A stretch of DNA of 64,000 nt from Dehalococcoidia bacterium (GCA_965219085.1 OZ244720.1:352001-416000), one strand, 5' to 3'; numbered from the stretch's first letter, positions 50,301 to 60,996 are shown. The notes: generated from the sequence alone by a model not told the origin. Made by a program: numbers and translations.

Positions 50301-52712
50301 ATGGTTGACGTTGCAGCGCTACGACCATTCCTGGAGGCGCGCTCGGCAGTAGCCGGGCGCGCCTTCGGGCGTCCGCCCGCCGAGGCCGGCCTCGCGCTCT
50401 CCAACGGCCTGAGCGACGCGCTCGACGTGTGCCTGCGCGACCTCGCCGAACCGGTCGCGGGGAGCGGCGCGGCTGTCGTCGCGCTCGGCAGCTATGGCCG
50501 GCGCGAACTCTGCCGGCACTCCGACGTCGACCTCATGCTGCTGTTCGCGGGCGAGCCCGATCAGGACGTCGTCAACCGCGTGCTCTACCCGCTGTGGGAC
50601 AGCGGCCTGCAGGTGGGGCACTCGACGCGCAGGCTTCAGCAGGTGGTTCCGGCCGCGCGCGACAACGTGCAGACCTGCACCTCACTCCTCGACGCGCGGC
50701 TCGTCTCGGGTGACGAGACGCTGTTCCGGCGGTTCCGGAACGAGTTCCGCAACTTCGTGCGACGTCGCCGCCCGTGGATGCACGAACAGCTCGCCACGGG
50801 CCGCGAGGCGCAGCTGCGGCGCGAGCCGTGGCAGCCGCAGGAGCCCGACGTGAAGACGGGCCGCGGCGGGTTGCGGTCGCTGCAGACCGTGCACTGGCTG
50901 GACCTCTCGCAGGCCCTCGCCGACGACCGCGAAGTGGCGTGGCTCACTCCCGAACTCGCCGAGGCGCGCGAGCTGCTGCTCGCCACGCGCAACGCGCTGC
51001 ACGCACTCGACGAGCGAGCGAACGACCGACTGCGGCGTGACGTCATCGACCGCGTCGCCGACAGCCTCGGCACGACCCGGCGCGACTGGAGCCGCAGCGT
51101 CACGGAGGCGATGCGCGTGGTCGACGCGGCCGCGGCCGAGGCGCTGCGCGCGGGCGACTCGGCGGCGGCCGGGCCGCGATGGCGGCTGCCGGTCCCATGG
51201 CGACGGCGTCGCGCCGAGGACGGAGAGGAGGCCACGGCCGCCGCGGCGGGGAGCAGCGACTTCGACCGGCTGGTGGAGGCCCTACAGGGCCTCGGCCCCG
51301 GCGGGCCGCTCGACCCGCTGCCCGCGAGCGAATGGCTGGAGCGCGTCCTGCCCGAGTGGGGAGGACTGCGCTACGAGCCACACGTCACGCTCTTCCACAC
51401 GCATCCCGTCGACGTGCACATCTGCCGCACCGTCGTCGAGGCGAGGGCGGCGATGGAGACGGACGACTTCAACGCCGGCACGCCCGAGGCCGCGGCCGGC
51501 ATCGGCGACCCGCGCGAGTTGCTCCTCGCGGCGTTCCTGCACGACATCGGCAAGGGGCGCGAGGGCCAGCACAGCGGGCGCGGCGCCATGATGGCGGAGC
51601 GCTTCGCCGTCCGCGCCGGCCTGGGCGACGAGGCCGCGCAGCGCCTGGCCCACGCGGTGCAGCACCACCTGCTGCTGCCGGACGTGGCGACGCGACGTGA
51701 CATCTCCGACGAGCGCGTGATCCGCGAGGTCGCCGACACCGTGGGCGACATGCGGACGCTCAACCTGCTCTACGTCCTCTCCGTCGCCGACGCGCGTGCG
51801 TGCGGTTCGGACGTGTGGAACGCCTGGAAGGCGCAGCTCATGCGCTCGCTCTACCTGCGCGTGTCCGAGGAGCTCTCGGGCGTCTCGCTGCGGACCCCGG
51901 CCGTGCGCCGAGACGCGGCGGTGCGCGAGCTGTCCGGCCGGGTCGAGGCGCAGGCCGTCGAGGCGCACCTCCAGCAGATGCCAATCGGCTACCTGCTCTC
52001 CATGGAGCCCGAGGCTATTGGGCGGCACATCGAGCTGATCGAGAGCGGGGTCACGTCGCGACAGGAGGCGGGCGGCGGCGGTCCGATCGCACCAGTGCTC
52101 CACCACGACCAGCTCGGCAGCCTCGACCGGCTCACGATCGTCACGGGCGACCGGCCCGGTATCCTGCAGGCCGTAGCAGGGTCGCTGGCGGTGCATAACG
52201 TGAACGTCCTCGGCGGCACCGCCTACACGCGCGACGACGGGGTGGCGATCGACGTCATGCACGTCGGCGGCGCGCGTGGCCGCGCCATCGACGAGCAGCG
52301 CTGGGAGCGCATCTTCGACTCGATGAGCAGCGCGCTCATCGGCGAGTTCCCCATCGAGGCGCGCCTCGCCGCGGCGCGGGCTTCGTACGGGGCGGAGCCC
52401 GCGGCCGCGCTCCCCACCACCGTCGACGTCGACAACGCCAGCTCCGACGAGTACTCGATCGTCGAGGTGCATGCCGCCGACCGGCTCGGCTTGCTCTACA
52501 CGATCACCACGGCGCTGCGGGACATGTCGCTCGACATCCACATGGCGAAGGTGAACACCTTCGGCAACGAGATCGTCGACGCGTTCTACGTGCGGCGTGA
52601 GAACGGCCTTCGCATCGAGGCCGGCGACGAGATCGAGCGGCTCGTGGCGCGCGTCACGTCGGCGGTCGCAGCGCTCGACGGGGACGGCGCCGGGTCGGCC
52701 CGCGCGCCGTAG
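50301..52712 (+). CDS. glnD: PII uridylyl/adenylyl-transferase
   Basis: ALGSYGRREL..SDVD NTase, EPDVKTGRGGLR, LHDIGKG HD domain, two ACT domains (DRPG, DRLGLL). Confidence 0.93.
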   Translation: MVDVAALRPFLEARSAVAGRAFGRPPAEAGLALSNGLSDALDVCLRDLAEPVAGSGAAVVALGSYGRRELCRHSDVDLMLLFAGEPDQDVVNRVLYPLWDSGLQVGHSTRRLQQVVPAARDNVQTCTSLLDARLVSGDETLFRRFRNEFRNFVRRRRPWMHEQLATGREAQLRREPWQPQEPDVKTGRGGLRSLQTVHWLDLSQALADDREVAWLTPELAEARELLLATRNALHALDERANDRLRRDVIDRVADSLGTTRRDWSRSVTEAMRVVDAAAAEALRAGDSAAAGPRWRLPVPWRRRRAEDGEEATAAAAGSSDFDRLVEALQGLGPGGPLDPLPASEWLERVLPEWGGLRYEPHVTLFHTHPVDVHICRTVVEARAAMETDDFNAGTPEAAAGIGDPRELLLAAFLHDIGKGREGQHSGRGAMMAERFAVRAGLGDEAAQRLAHAVQHHLLLPDVATRRDISDERVIREVADTVGDMRTLNLLYVLSVADARACGSDVWNAWKAQLMRSLYLRVSEELSGVSLRTPAVRRDAAVRELSGRVEAQAVEAHLQQMPIGYLLSMEPEAIGRHIELIESGVTSRQEAGGGGPIAPVLHHDQLGSLDRLTIVTGDRPGILQAVAGSLAVHNVNVLGGTAYTRDDGVAIDVMHVGGARGRAIDEQRWERIFDSMSSALIGEFPIEARLAAARASYGAEPAAALPTTVDVDNASSDEYSIVEVHAADRLGLLYTITTALRDMSLDIHMAKVNTFGNEIVDAFYVRRENGLRIEAGDEIERLVARVTSAVAALDGDGAGSARAP

Positions 52713-52716
52713 GAGG

Positions 52717-53184
52717 CTACTGGCGGTTCACCCACGCCGCGAGGCGGTCCTCGACGCCGTCCGGGAACGCCTGATGCGTCCCCGCCAGCACCTCGGCCAG
52801 CGGCAGCCAGCGCGCGGTGAACGGGGCGTCACCCTCGATCGCGGTCATCGGCTCCAGGTCCGGCGGGGCGTGGCCCGGCGCGAAGGTGGCGAGGTACTCG
52901 AAGACGATCTCGTGGCCCGGCACGCCCTCGAGGGTGAAACGGTTCTCGATCACACCCAGCAGGTCGCGCATGACCACGTCGCGGCCGAGCTCCTCGCGCA
53001 GCTCGCGGACGGCGGCCTCGGCGGCCGACTCGCCAAACTCCACCTCGCCGCCGAGGGCGCGGTAGAAGGTGAGGTCGCGCAAGGAGTCGTGGCCCTCGGC
53101 CATGAGCAGGTGGTCGTCGTGGAGCACGAGGCAGATGGCGATGACGCGGATGCGCGGCGGCGGAGGCTGGCTGGCTTCCGGCAC
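52717..53184 (-). CDS. NUDIX hydrolase
   Basis: GGEVEFGESAAEAAVRELREELG. Confidence 0.9.
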   Translation of the reverse strand: MPEASQPPPPRIRVIAICLVLHDDHLLMAEGHDSLRDLTFYRALGGEVEFGESAAEAAVRELREELGRDVVMRDLLGVIENRFTLEGVPGHEIVFEYLATFAPGHAPPDLEPMTAIEGDAPFTARWLPLAEVLAGTHQAFPDGVEDRLAAWVNRQ

Positions 53185-53343
53185 GTCCGGCCCCGTTCCG
53201 CCCGCCCGAGGTGATACGTGGTGCGCCGAAGGGGAATCGGGTGTCCTCGGCGCGAGTCCCTGCGGCGCGCGCAGTGTAGGATACGCGGGCCCGGTCGCAG
53301 ACGGCGGCCTGCTGGGGCAATCGGATGCTGGAGGATAAGCGAA

Positions 53344-54591
53344 GTGGCCAACGAGATTTACGAGGTCGGCGAAGCGCCCCCGGTTGGGGAAGTGCCGCCG
53401 AAGATGTACGCCAGCCTGATCCGCGAGAGCCGGTTCGGCCCGCCTCGCGACGCGTTCCAGATCGAGGCGATCGACACGCCGACGCCGGGACCGCGCCAGG
53501 TGCTGGTCTATGTGATGGCCGCGGGCACCAACTACAACAACGTGTGGGCGGCGCTCGGCTATCCGGTCAACGTGATCGGCGCGCGCCAGCGCCAGGGCGC
53601 CGAGGAAGACTTCCACATCGGCGGCTCGGACGCCTCGGGCATCGTCTACGCGGTGGGCGACGAGGTCACGAACGTCAAGGTCGGCGACGAGGTCGTGCTC
53701 TCGTGCGGCATGTGGGACGAGAACGCCCCGGACATCGTCGCCGGCGGTGACCCGATCATGTCGTCGAGCAACAAGATCTGGGGCTACGAGGAAAACTGGG
53801 GCTCGTTCGCCCAGTTCACGCTCGTCGACCACTACCAGTGCTACCCCAAGCCGGAGCACCTGACGTGGGAGGCCGCGGCCGCCTACATGCTCGTCGGCGC
53901 GACGGCGTGGCGGATGCTACGCGGCTGGGCGCCGAACGTCGTCGAGGAAGGCGACCCGGTGCTGATCTGGGGCGGCGCGGGCGGCCTCGGGTCGATGGCG
54001 ATCCAGATCACGCGCGAGTTCGGCGGCCTGCCGATCGCCGTGGTCTCCGACGAGTCCAAGTACGAGTTCTGCCTGCAGTTGGGCGCGAAGGGCGTGATCA
54101 ACCGCCGCGACTTCGACCACTGGGGCCGGCTTCCCGATGTCGACGACGCCGAGGCGTTCGGCGCGTGGGCGGGCGGGGCGCGCCTGTTCGGCCGCGCATT
54201 CTGGGACGCGCTCGGTGAACGCCGCAACCCGAAGATCGTCTTCGACCACCCGGGCGAGGCGACGATCCCGACCTCGATCTTCCTGGTCGACAACGGCGGG
54301 ATGGTGGTGATCTGCGCCGGCACGTCGGGCTACAACGCCGACGTGGACCTGCGCTACCTGTGGATGCGCCAGAAGCGCTTCCAGGGCTCGCACTTCGCCA
54401 ACGTCGAGGAGTGCACCGAGTTCAACGACATGGTGGCCCAGGGCCGCATCGAACCGGCGCTGTCACGCGTCTTCCAGTTCGGCGAGGTCGGCGAGAGCCA
54501 CCAGCTCATGTACGAGAACGCGCACCCGCCGGGGAACATGGCGATCCTGGTTGGCGCCAGGGAGGAAGGCCACACCGACTTCCCGTTCTAG
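53344..54591 (+). CDS. ccr: Crotonyl-CoA carboxylase/reductase
   Basis: [41 protein letters not shown]. Confidence 0.92.
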   Translation: MANEIYEVGEAPPVGEVPPKMYASLIRESRFGPPRDAFQIEAIDTPTPGPRQVLVYVMAAGTNYNNVWAALGYPVNVIGARQRQGAEEDFHIGGSDASGIVYAVGDEVTNVKVGDEVVLSCGMWDENAPDIVAGGDPIMSSSNKIWGYEENWGSFAQFTLVDHYQCYPKPEHLTWEAAAAYMLVGATAWRMLRGWAPNVVEEGDPVLIWGGAGGLGSMAIQITREFGGLPIAVVSDESKYEFCLQLGAKGVINRRDFDHWGRLPDVDDAEAFGAWAGGARLFGRAFWDALGERRNPKIVFDHPGEATIPTSIFLVDNGGMVVICAGTSGYNADVDLRYLWMRQKRFQGSHFANVEECTEFNDMVAQGRIEPALSRVFQFGEVGESHQLMYENAHPPGNMAILVGAREEGHTDFPF

Positions 54592-54607
54592 GGAGTAAGC
54601 TCACTAG

Positions 54608-55609
54608 ATGGGGAAGGTCTACGGCGAGCGGTGGGAAACGCTGGCCTCCCTCGGTGAGGGAGGCCAGGCGCGCGCGTTCCACGTCAGGGACCTGCAGAGT
54701 CCGGATGGCGACGAGCGCTGGGTCCTCAAACGACTGAAGAACACGCAACGGATCGGGCGCTTCGAGGACGAGATCAAAGCGCTGCTCACAATCGAGTCTC
54801 CGAGGATCCCCCGAGTGGAGGATTACTCCCTCGGCGATCCTGCGTACCTCGTGTACCCATACATCGGTCCGTCACTCGACCAAGTCGCGGACACGCTCTC
54901 CTTCGATCAGGCACTCGACTTGTACTGGGATGTCGCGGAGGCAGTGAGTGCCGCGCACTATCACAATGTCGTGCATCGTGACCTGAAGCCGCAGAACATC
55001 GTGGTCGACGAGAACCCGGACGGCAGACGCGCCTACCTCATCGACTTCGGGATCTGCCAGATCGAGGACGGGCACGCCTTTACCGTCACCGAGGAGCCTC
55101 TCGGGAGCCGGAGCTTCGCGGCACCGGAACTAGAAGCAGGGTCTCCTGTTGCGGTCGGGCCGAAGAGCGATGTCTATAGCTTGGGGAAGCTGCTGTATTG
55201 GATGGTCACGCAGGGCAAGATGTTCGCCCGGGAGAACTTCGGCGCGGCGATTCAGTCCGTGCCCGTCGAACGGGGTGTAGAGCGATCGTACGTTCGGAAT
55301 CTGCTGTCACGCACTGTCCTCATCGACCCTACAGAACGGATCTCGGCTCAGACCCTCACCAGCGACGTCAAGGTCGCTAGACGCCTTATCCGGCTAGGAG
55401 TGAACCTGATCGGGGCCAGTGATCAGATCTGCCCGGTCTGCCGCGAGGGCACCCTTCGGCGCCGGACCGGAACAGACATCCGGAACACGGGTTTCAACCC
55501 TACAGGCGATCCGGACGAGTGGTTCCGACTCCTCCACTGCGACTACTGCGGTTACCTCCAACTGCACGACATTAGCGGTACCGGGGCGCGGGATCTTTGG
55601 GAGATCTAG
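54608..55609 (+). CDS. Hanks-type Ser/Thr kinase with C-terminal Zn ribbon
   Basis: LGEGGQ, VLK, HRDLKPQN, DFG, APE, SDVYSLG; CPVC..CDYC. Confidence 0.9.
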   Translation: MGKVYGERWETLASLGEGGQARAFHVRDLQSPDGDERWVLKRLKNTQRIGRFEDEIKALLTIESPRIPRVEDYSLGDPAYLVYPYIGPSLDQVADTLSFDQALDLYWDVAEAVSAAHYHNVVHRDLKPQNIVVDENPDGRRAYLIDFGICQIEDGHAFTVTEEPLGSRSFAAPELEAGSPVAVGPKSDVYSLGKLLYWMVTQGKMFARENFGAAIQSVPVERGVERSYVRNLLSRTVLIDPTERISAQTLTSDVKVARRLIRLGVNLIGASDQICPVCREGTLRRRTGTDIRNTGFNPTGDPDEWFRLLHCDYCGYLQLHDISGTGARDLWEI

Positions 55610-55665
55610 CGACCCAAAGTCGCCAGCAAGCCAGCAGATCGTTGCCGCGCGAGACGAACACACCA

Positions 55666-55693
55666 GCGGCCGATCGCACATGCGATCGGCCGC
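55666..55693. terminator. Perfect 13-bp inverted repeat between convergent genes
   Basis: GCGGCCGATCGCA-CA-TGCGATCGGCCGC. Confidence 0.5.
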
Positions 55694-55725
55694 CGTCGTT
55701 GCGGCGTCGCGTGTGCGAGGCCTCG

Positions 55726-56616
55726 CTAACGCAGCAGCGAGGCGAAGGCGCTTTCGATATCGGGCTGGGCGAACTCGAAGCCGGAGGCGGTGAGCGCCTG
55801 CGGGACGATGCGCTGGCTCGCGAAGAGCTCGGCCGGATCCTGCCCGAACGCGAGCCGGTAGGCGAACATCGGCACCGGGAACAGCGTCGGGCGGCGCAGC
55901 GCTCGGCCAAGGGCCTTCGTGAACCCGGCGTTGGTCACCGCGTCCGGCGCGGCGACGTTGACCGCGCCGCTCACATCGTTCGTCAGCGCGTGCTCGATTG
56001 AGCGCACCTCGTCCTCGAGCGTGACCCACGGCATCCACCAGCGGCCGTTGCCGAGGTTGCCGCCGACGCCGAGGCGGAACGGGAGCAGCAGCCGCGAGAG
56101 CGGCGCGCCTTCCCGCGAGAGCACGATCGCCGAGCGGTGACGGACCGTACGGATGCCGTGCTCCTCGGCGCGTGTCGCCTCGCGCTCCCACGCGATGACG
56201 AGGTCGGCGAGGAAGCCCGTGCCGGGCGCTGCGGTCTCGGTCAGCTCCTCGTCGCCGCGCTCGCCGTAGTAGCCGACGGCGGACTGGCCGACCAGCACCT
56301 CGGGGCGATCCTCGCTCGGCAGCGAACCGAGGTGTTCGACGAGCGTGCGGGTCGAGTCGATGCGGCTGCTGTGCAGCAGGTCGCGGCGCGCGGCCGACCA
56401 TCGACCCTCGCCGATGCTGGCGCCGCTGAGGTGGACCACGGCGTCGTAGCTGGCGAACGCGCCATCGCGCACCCAGCCGGCGGCGGGATCCCATTGCGAG
56501 GCCGGATCGCTCTCCGGACCGCGGCGGATGGCGGCCGCCTCGTGGCCGGCGGCCGCGAGTCGCTCGCGCAGGGCCGAACCGATGAGCCCGGTCCCCCCGG
56601 TGATCGCAATGCGCAT
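55726..56616 (-). CDS. TIGR01777-family NAD-dependent epimerase/oxidoreductase
   Basis: IAITGGTGLIG, SRIDST, SAVGYYG, GGNLGNG.WWMPW. Confidence 0.92.
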   Translation of the reverse strand: MRIAITGGTGLIGSALRERLAAAGHEAAAIRRGPESDPASQWDPAAGWVRDGAFASYDAVVHLSGASIGEGRWSAARRDLLHSSRIDSTRTLVEHLGSLPSEDRPEVLVGQSAVGYYGERGDEELTETAAPGTGFLADLVIAWEREATRAEEHGIRTVRHRSAIVLSREGAPLSRLLLPFRLGVGGNLGNGRWWMPWVTLEDEVRSIEHALTNDVSGAVNVAAPDAVTNAGFTKALGRALRRPTLFPVPMFAYRLAFGQDPAELFASQRIVPQALTASGFEFAQPDIESAFASLLR

Positions 56617-56876
56617 GGCTACCGTCCTCTCGTGCACTGGGAGCGGTATCTCTGCCTACCATGATATGGCGGGCGCCTCGACAGTGACGAGGCTTCATAA
56701 CGAACGGGCGTAACTCGGCCCGCGCACCCGAATCGGGCGTGGACGCCCCGCAGCCGCTTCGGATATTGGCTAGAATGGGAGGCGCGGCGGGGCTTCCAGC
56801 CCCGGTACTCACAACGCGCCCAGGCAGGCCTTGCCTGCCGGGGGTCGTTGTGCGAGCGGTGACTGGAGGTCTTGCC

Positions 56877-58184
56877 ATGACGCTTGCAACGCCGGTATCC
56901 ACCGACGTAGCCACGCTGACGGTCGACGGCGCCACCTACGAGCTGCCCATCATCGAGGGTACCGAGGGTGAGCGCGCCATCGACATCTCGCAGCTGCGGG
57001 CAAGCTCCGGGCTCATCACCTACGACTCGGGCTACGCCAACACGGGCAGCACGCTGAGCGACATCACATTTGTCAACGGCGAGGAGGGCATCCTCCGTTA
57101 CCGCGGCTATCCGATCGAGCAGCTCGCGGAGCGGAGCACATTCCTCGAGACCTCCTACCTCGTGCTCCACGGCGAGCTGCCGTCGCAGGTGCAGCTCGAC
57201 GCGTTCACCGACCGCATCACGAACCACTCGCTCATCCACGAGAAGATCCTGCGGATGTACGACGCGTTCCCGCTGGACGCGCACCCGATGGCGGTGACCG
57301 CGGCGGTGGTGGGCTCGCTCTCGACCTTCTACCAGGACTCGCTTGACCCGCTCGACCCCGAGCAGGTGGACATCTCGACGTACCGGCTGCTGGCGAAGCT
57401 GCCGACGATCTGTGCGTTCGCCTTCAAGTACGCCATGGGCCAGCCGTTCAACTACCCGCGCAACGACCTCAGCTACGCCGAAAACCTGCTGTGGATGACA
57501 TTCGGGGTGCCCACCGAGGAGTACAAGCTCAGCGACGCGAACGTACGGGCCCTCGAGACCCTGCTGATCCTCCACGCCGACCACGAACAGAACTGCTCGA
57601 CGAGCACCATGCGGATGGTGGGCAGCTCGCGCGCCAACATCTACGCCTCCGCCTCGGCGGCCATCATGGCGCTGTGGGGTCCCCTCCACGGTGGCGCCAA
57701 CCAGGCCGTGATCGATATGCTCGAGGACATCGCCGCCGTCGAGGGCAGCGCGAAGGCGTTCCTCGAGAAGACCAAGGACACCAACGACACCACGCGGCTG
57801 ATGGGCTTCGGCCACCGCGTCTACAAGAACTTCGACCCGCGCGCCACGATCCTCAAGCGCCACGCCTACGAGGTGATCGAGCAGCTCGGACACTCGCCGC
57901 GGCTGCTCGAGATCGCGCTCGAACTCGAGAATCTCGCGCTCAACGACGACTACTACGTGCAGCGCCAGCTGTACCCGAACGTGGACTTCTACAGCGGCAT
58001 CATCTACGAGGCGCTCGGCGTGCCGAAGAACGGCTCCACGCCGCTCTTCGCCCTCGGCCGCATGCCGGGGTGGATCGCGCACTGGCGCGAGCACCACAGC
58101 GACACGAAGAACCGGCTCGGCCGGCCGCGCCAGATCTACACCGGCCCGACCACGCGGAACTACATCCCGATGGCGGAACGCTAG
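56877..58184 (+). CDS. gltA: Citrate synthase
   Basis: LRYRGYPI, HADHEQNCST, GPLHGGAN, GFGHRVYK, PNVDFYSG. Confidence 0.97.
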   Translation: MTLATPVSTDVATLTVDGATYELPIIEGTEGERAIDISQLRASSGLITYDSGYANTGSTLSDITFVNGEEGILRYRGYPIEQLAERSTFLETSYLVLHGELPSQVQLDAFTDRITNHSLIHEKILRMYDAFPLDAHPMAVTAAVVGSLSTFYQDSLDPLDPEQVDISTYRLLAKLPTICAFAFKYAMGQPFNYPRNDLSYAENLLWMTFGVPTEEYKLSDANVRALETLLILHADHEQNCSTSTMRMVGSSRANIYASASAAIMALWGPLHGGANQAVIDMLEDIAAVEGSAKAFLEKTKDTNDTTRLMGFGHRVYKNFDPRATILKRHAYEVIEQLGHSPRLLEIALELENLALNDDYYVQRQLYPNVDFYSGIIYEALGVPKNGSTPLFALGRMPGWIAHWREHHSDTKNRLGRPRQIYTGPTTRNYIPMAER

Positions 58185-58206
58185 CCCGCAGCGGCCGCTC
58201 ACGCAC

Positions 58207-58243
58207 AGACCCGCCGTCGCGCGTTGCGCACGGCGGGTTTCTG
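58207..58243 (+). terminator. Putative terminator after gltA
   Basis: ACCCGCCGT..ACGGCGGGT stem followed by TTCTGT. Confidence 0.5.
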
Positions 58244-58268
58244 TGGCCCATAACCATAGCCTTGGCCT

Positions 58269-59895
58269 TGTCGTTGAGCAGCGATTCGGTCAGTAGTTAA
58301 CGGAGCAGCGATTCTGTCAGTCCCCAGCCAGCGAGCAGGGGGTGACAGTGCAGCAGTCCGAAGAAGCACGACGCTACGTACTCGACAGGGTGATGGCCGG
58401 AGATCTGCGAGCCTCTCAGGCCGCCGAGATCCTGAGCATCAGCGAGCGACACGCGTGGCGGCTCCTCGCCGCCTACCGCGCGCGCGGAGCCGCGGCGTTG
58501 GAGCACGGCAACCGCGGGCGCCGTCCGCACAACGCCGTCCCGGCCGACGTCGCCTCGGCCGTGGTGCGCTTCGCCACCACCCGCTACCCGGGAGCGAACC
58601 ACACCCACCTCGCCGAGTTGCTCTGGGAGCACGAGGGCCTGGACGTGAGCAGTTGGACCGTCCGCCGGATCCTGGCGCGGGCCGGCATCGCGAGTCCCCG
58701 CCGGCGCCGGCCGCCCGAGCACCGTGTCCGGCGTGAGCGGATGCCCCGCGAGGGGATGCTGCTCCAGGTCGACGGCAGCCACCACGCCTGGCTCGAGCAG
58801 CGCGGCCCGCGCTCCGCCCTGCTGCTCGCCGTTGACGATGCGACCGGCGCAGCCGTGCACGCCCTCTTCCGCCCCGTCGAGGACGCGCGCGGCTACTTCC
58901 TGTTGCTGGAGGAGATCGTCCGGCGCTGCGGCATCCCGCTCGCCCTCTACAGCGACCGCCACGGCGTCTTCAAAGCCTCCTCCGACGGACGGCGGGGCCT
59001 GAAGGTCGCAACCCAATTCGCACGGGCGATGCGGGAACTCGGGATCACCCAGATCTTCGCCCGCTCACCGCAGGCCAAGGGCCGCGTGGAACGTGCCGCG
59101 GGGACGTTCCAGGACCGCCTGGTGACCGAACTCAGCGACGCCTCGGCCTCCACCATCGCCGAGGCCCAGACCGTGCTCGAGCGCTTTCTGCCGCGCTTCA
59201 ACGCCCGCTTCCGGGTCCCGGCAGCCGAGCCCGCGGTGGCCTACCGCCCGCTCGACCCCGCGCTCCCGCTCGCCTCCATCCTCAGCTTCCGGCACCCCCG
59301 CAGCGTCGCCCGCGACAACACGGTCAAGTACCGCTGGCGCACGCTCCAGCTGCTGCCCGGGCCCGAGCGGACCAGCTACGCCGGGGCGCAGGTCGAGGTG
59401 GTGGAACGGCCGGGCGGCGAGCTCTCCGTCCTGCACCAGGGGGAGACGATCCCCTCGCGCGAGGCACCGCCGCGCGCCGGGGTGCTGAGGGCGGCGCGCT
59501 CCGAGCTGGCCCGGAACCCCGACCACGAGCGCATCGCCTCAGGGCTCGGTTCCGGAGGAGCACCCCGGCGACTCCCCGTGGCGCCCGCCGTCCTGGCGGC
59601 GGAGGGTGCGCCCAACGGGGCCGCCGTGAAGCCCGAGCCCGGGAGCAAGCAGCTCCGCCCACCCACGCCCCGACAGCTCGCCCGCTGGAAGGCCATCCAG
59701 CAGGCGCAGTTGCAGGGGCTCTCGATGCGGGCGACTGCCAGGCTGCTCGGTATCTCCCGTGTGACCGTCAGCAACTACGTCCGCGCCAACGGGGTGCCTG
59801 GACGCCGGAACGGCGCTACGGCACCCTCCGGCGGCCAGCGCGGTACTGACAAAGTCGCTGCTCCGTTGGACTGACAGAATCGCTGCACGTCGACA
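58269..59895 (+). mobile_element. IS481-like (ISNCY) insertion sequence
   Basis: TGTCG..CGACA ends with doubled GCAGCGA..GTCAG subterminal repeats; perfect 7-bp flanking duplication TTGGCCT. Confidence 0.93.
58342..59874 (+). CDS. rve-type DDE transposase with extra C-terminal HTH
   Basis: HGNRGR, LQVDGSHH, VDDATG, LYSDRH, SPQAKGRVER, QDRL. Confidence 0.93.
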   Translation: MTVQQSEEARRYVLDRVMAGDLRASQAAEILSISERHAWRLLAAYRARGAAALEHGNRGRRPHNAVPADVASAVVRFATTRYPGANHTHLAELLWEHEGLDVSSWTVRRILARAGIASPRRRRPPEHRVRRERMPREGMLLQVDGSHHAWLEQRGPRSALLLAVDDATGAAVHALFRPVEDARGYFLLLEEIVRRCGIPLALYSDRHGVFKASSDGRRGLKVATQFARAMRELGITQIFARSPQAKGRVERAAGTFQDRLVTELSDASASTIAEAQTVLERFLPRFNARFRVPAAEPAVAYRPLDPALPLASILSFRHPRSVARDNTVKYRWRTLQLLPGPERTSYAGAQVEVVERPGGELSVLHQGETIPSREAPPRAGVLRAARSELARNPDHERIASGLGSGGAPRRLPVAPAVLAAEGAPNGAAVKPEPGSKQLRPPTPRQLARWKAIQQAQLQGLSMRATARLLGISRVTVSNYVRANGVPGRRNGATAPSGGQRGTDKVAAPLD

Positions 59896-59944
59896 TTGGC
59901 CTGCGCGGCCCTAAGATTCTGCAACGTCGCGGTTCGGCTTGTAT

Positions 59945-60295
59945 TCATCCGGCAGCGACTTCTCGAATGACTCGAACACGGTGCCGATGGGCTTCGGCTT
60001 GGGCCCTCCTTCGGGGGATTTCCGTGTACTTCGCCTCTACGCGCCTTCTCCTTGGCCGAGATAGCTTCCTGAAGAGCTCGCTCAGGTTGTGATTGCGCCC
60101 ATGCCACACGCCGTCGTCGTCGAGTGCATATTTGAGGAGCAGCTCTGCCAGATACAAGCCGATCACCTGACGGCCCACTCTGAAACCAAGAAGCCTTGGA
60201 TCGTCCGAGTCATGCGGGAAAGGCGCGTTGAAGTAGTCAAGCACGCCTTCCAGCCACACAATTGACGGCTTCGCTTTCGGGTCTCGTTTAGTCAT
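59945..60295 (-). pseudogene. Truncated HEPN-like protein
   Basis: ELLLKYAL..RNHNLSELFRKL; lower GC; frame degenerates next to the IS. Confidence 0.45.
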
Positions 60296-60432
60296 ATGGA
60301 TTCTCGCGATCCGTCGGGAGGCTAGCAGGACGATGGTAGCACGCGCGTTCTGTAAGCGTCGGGCATTGGCAGCTACTACGACGTCTGGCCTGTGGCGCGG
60401 TATCGTGCGAGTGCGGAGCGAAGGACGCGCGC

Positions 60433-60996
60433 ATGACACAGTTGCCGGACCTGCCCCCGGGCACCCCCGACCGCAAGGAACTCGACCCCATCGAGATGGC
60501 GATGCACGAGCTGGCGTACGGCGTCTACGTCGTCGGGTCGGTCGAGGATGGCCAGGCGAACGGGATGATCGCGGACTGGGTGATGCAGGTCTCATTCGAG
60601 CCGCGCCTGCTCGTCGTGGCGTTCGAGGACGACTCGCGCAGCCTGGAGCGCATCCGCAACAACCGCGCGTTCACCGTCAATGTCCTGGAGGAAGGGCTGG
60701 ACGGCATGGCGCTCGCGCGCGAGTTCCTGCAGCCGTTCGACGCCTCGAAGATCCAGGGCCGGAGCGAGGCTGCGTCGGCGCAGCGCTACCACAAGCTGGA
60801 CGAGGTGGAGCACACGCTGCGCCCCTCGGGCTGCCCAGTGCTGGATGACGCACTGGCATGGATCGAGTGCGAGGCGGAGCAGTTCATCGAGGTGGGCGAC
60901 CACGTGCTCGTGATCGGCCGTGTGCTCGACGGCGAGGTCGTCGGCTCCGGGGACCCGCTGACCTCGGTCTACACGGGGTGGACGTACAGCGGGTAG
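60433..60996 (+). CDS. Flavin reductase-like protein
   Basis: YGVYVVGS, QVSFEP, GCPVLDDALAWIEC, GDHVLVIG. Confidence 0.9.
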   Translation: MTQLPDLPPGTPDRKELDPIEMAMHELAYGVYVVGSVEDGQANGMIADWVMQVSFEPRLLVVAFEDDSRSLERIRNNRAFTVNVLEEGLDGMALAREFLQPFDASKIQGRSEAASAQRYHKLDEVEHTLRPSGCPVLDDALAWIECEAEQFIEVGDHVLVIGRVLDGEVVGSGDPLTSVYTGWTYSG

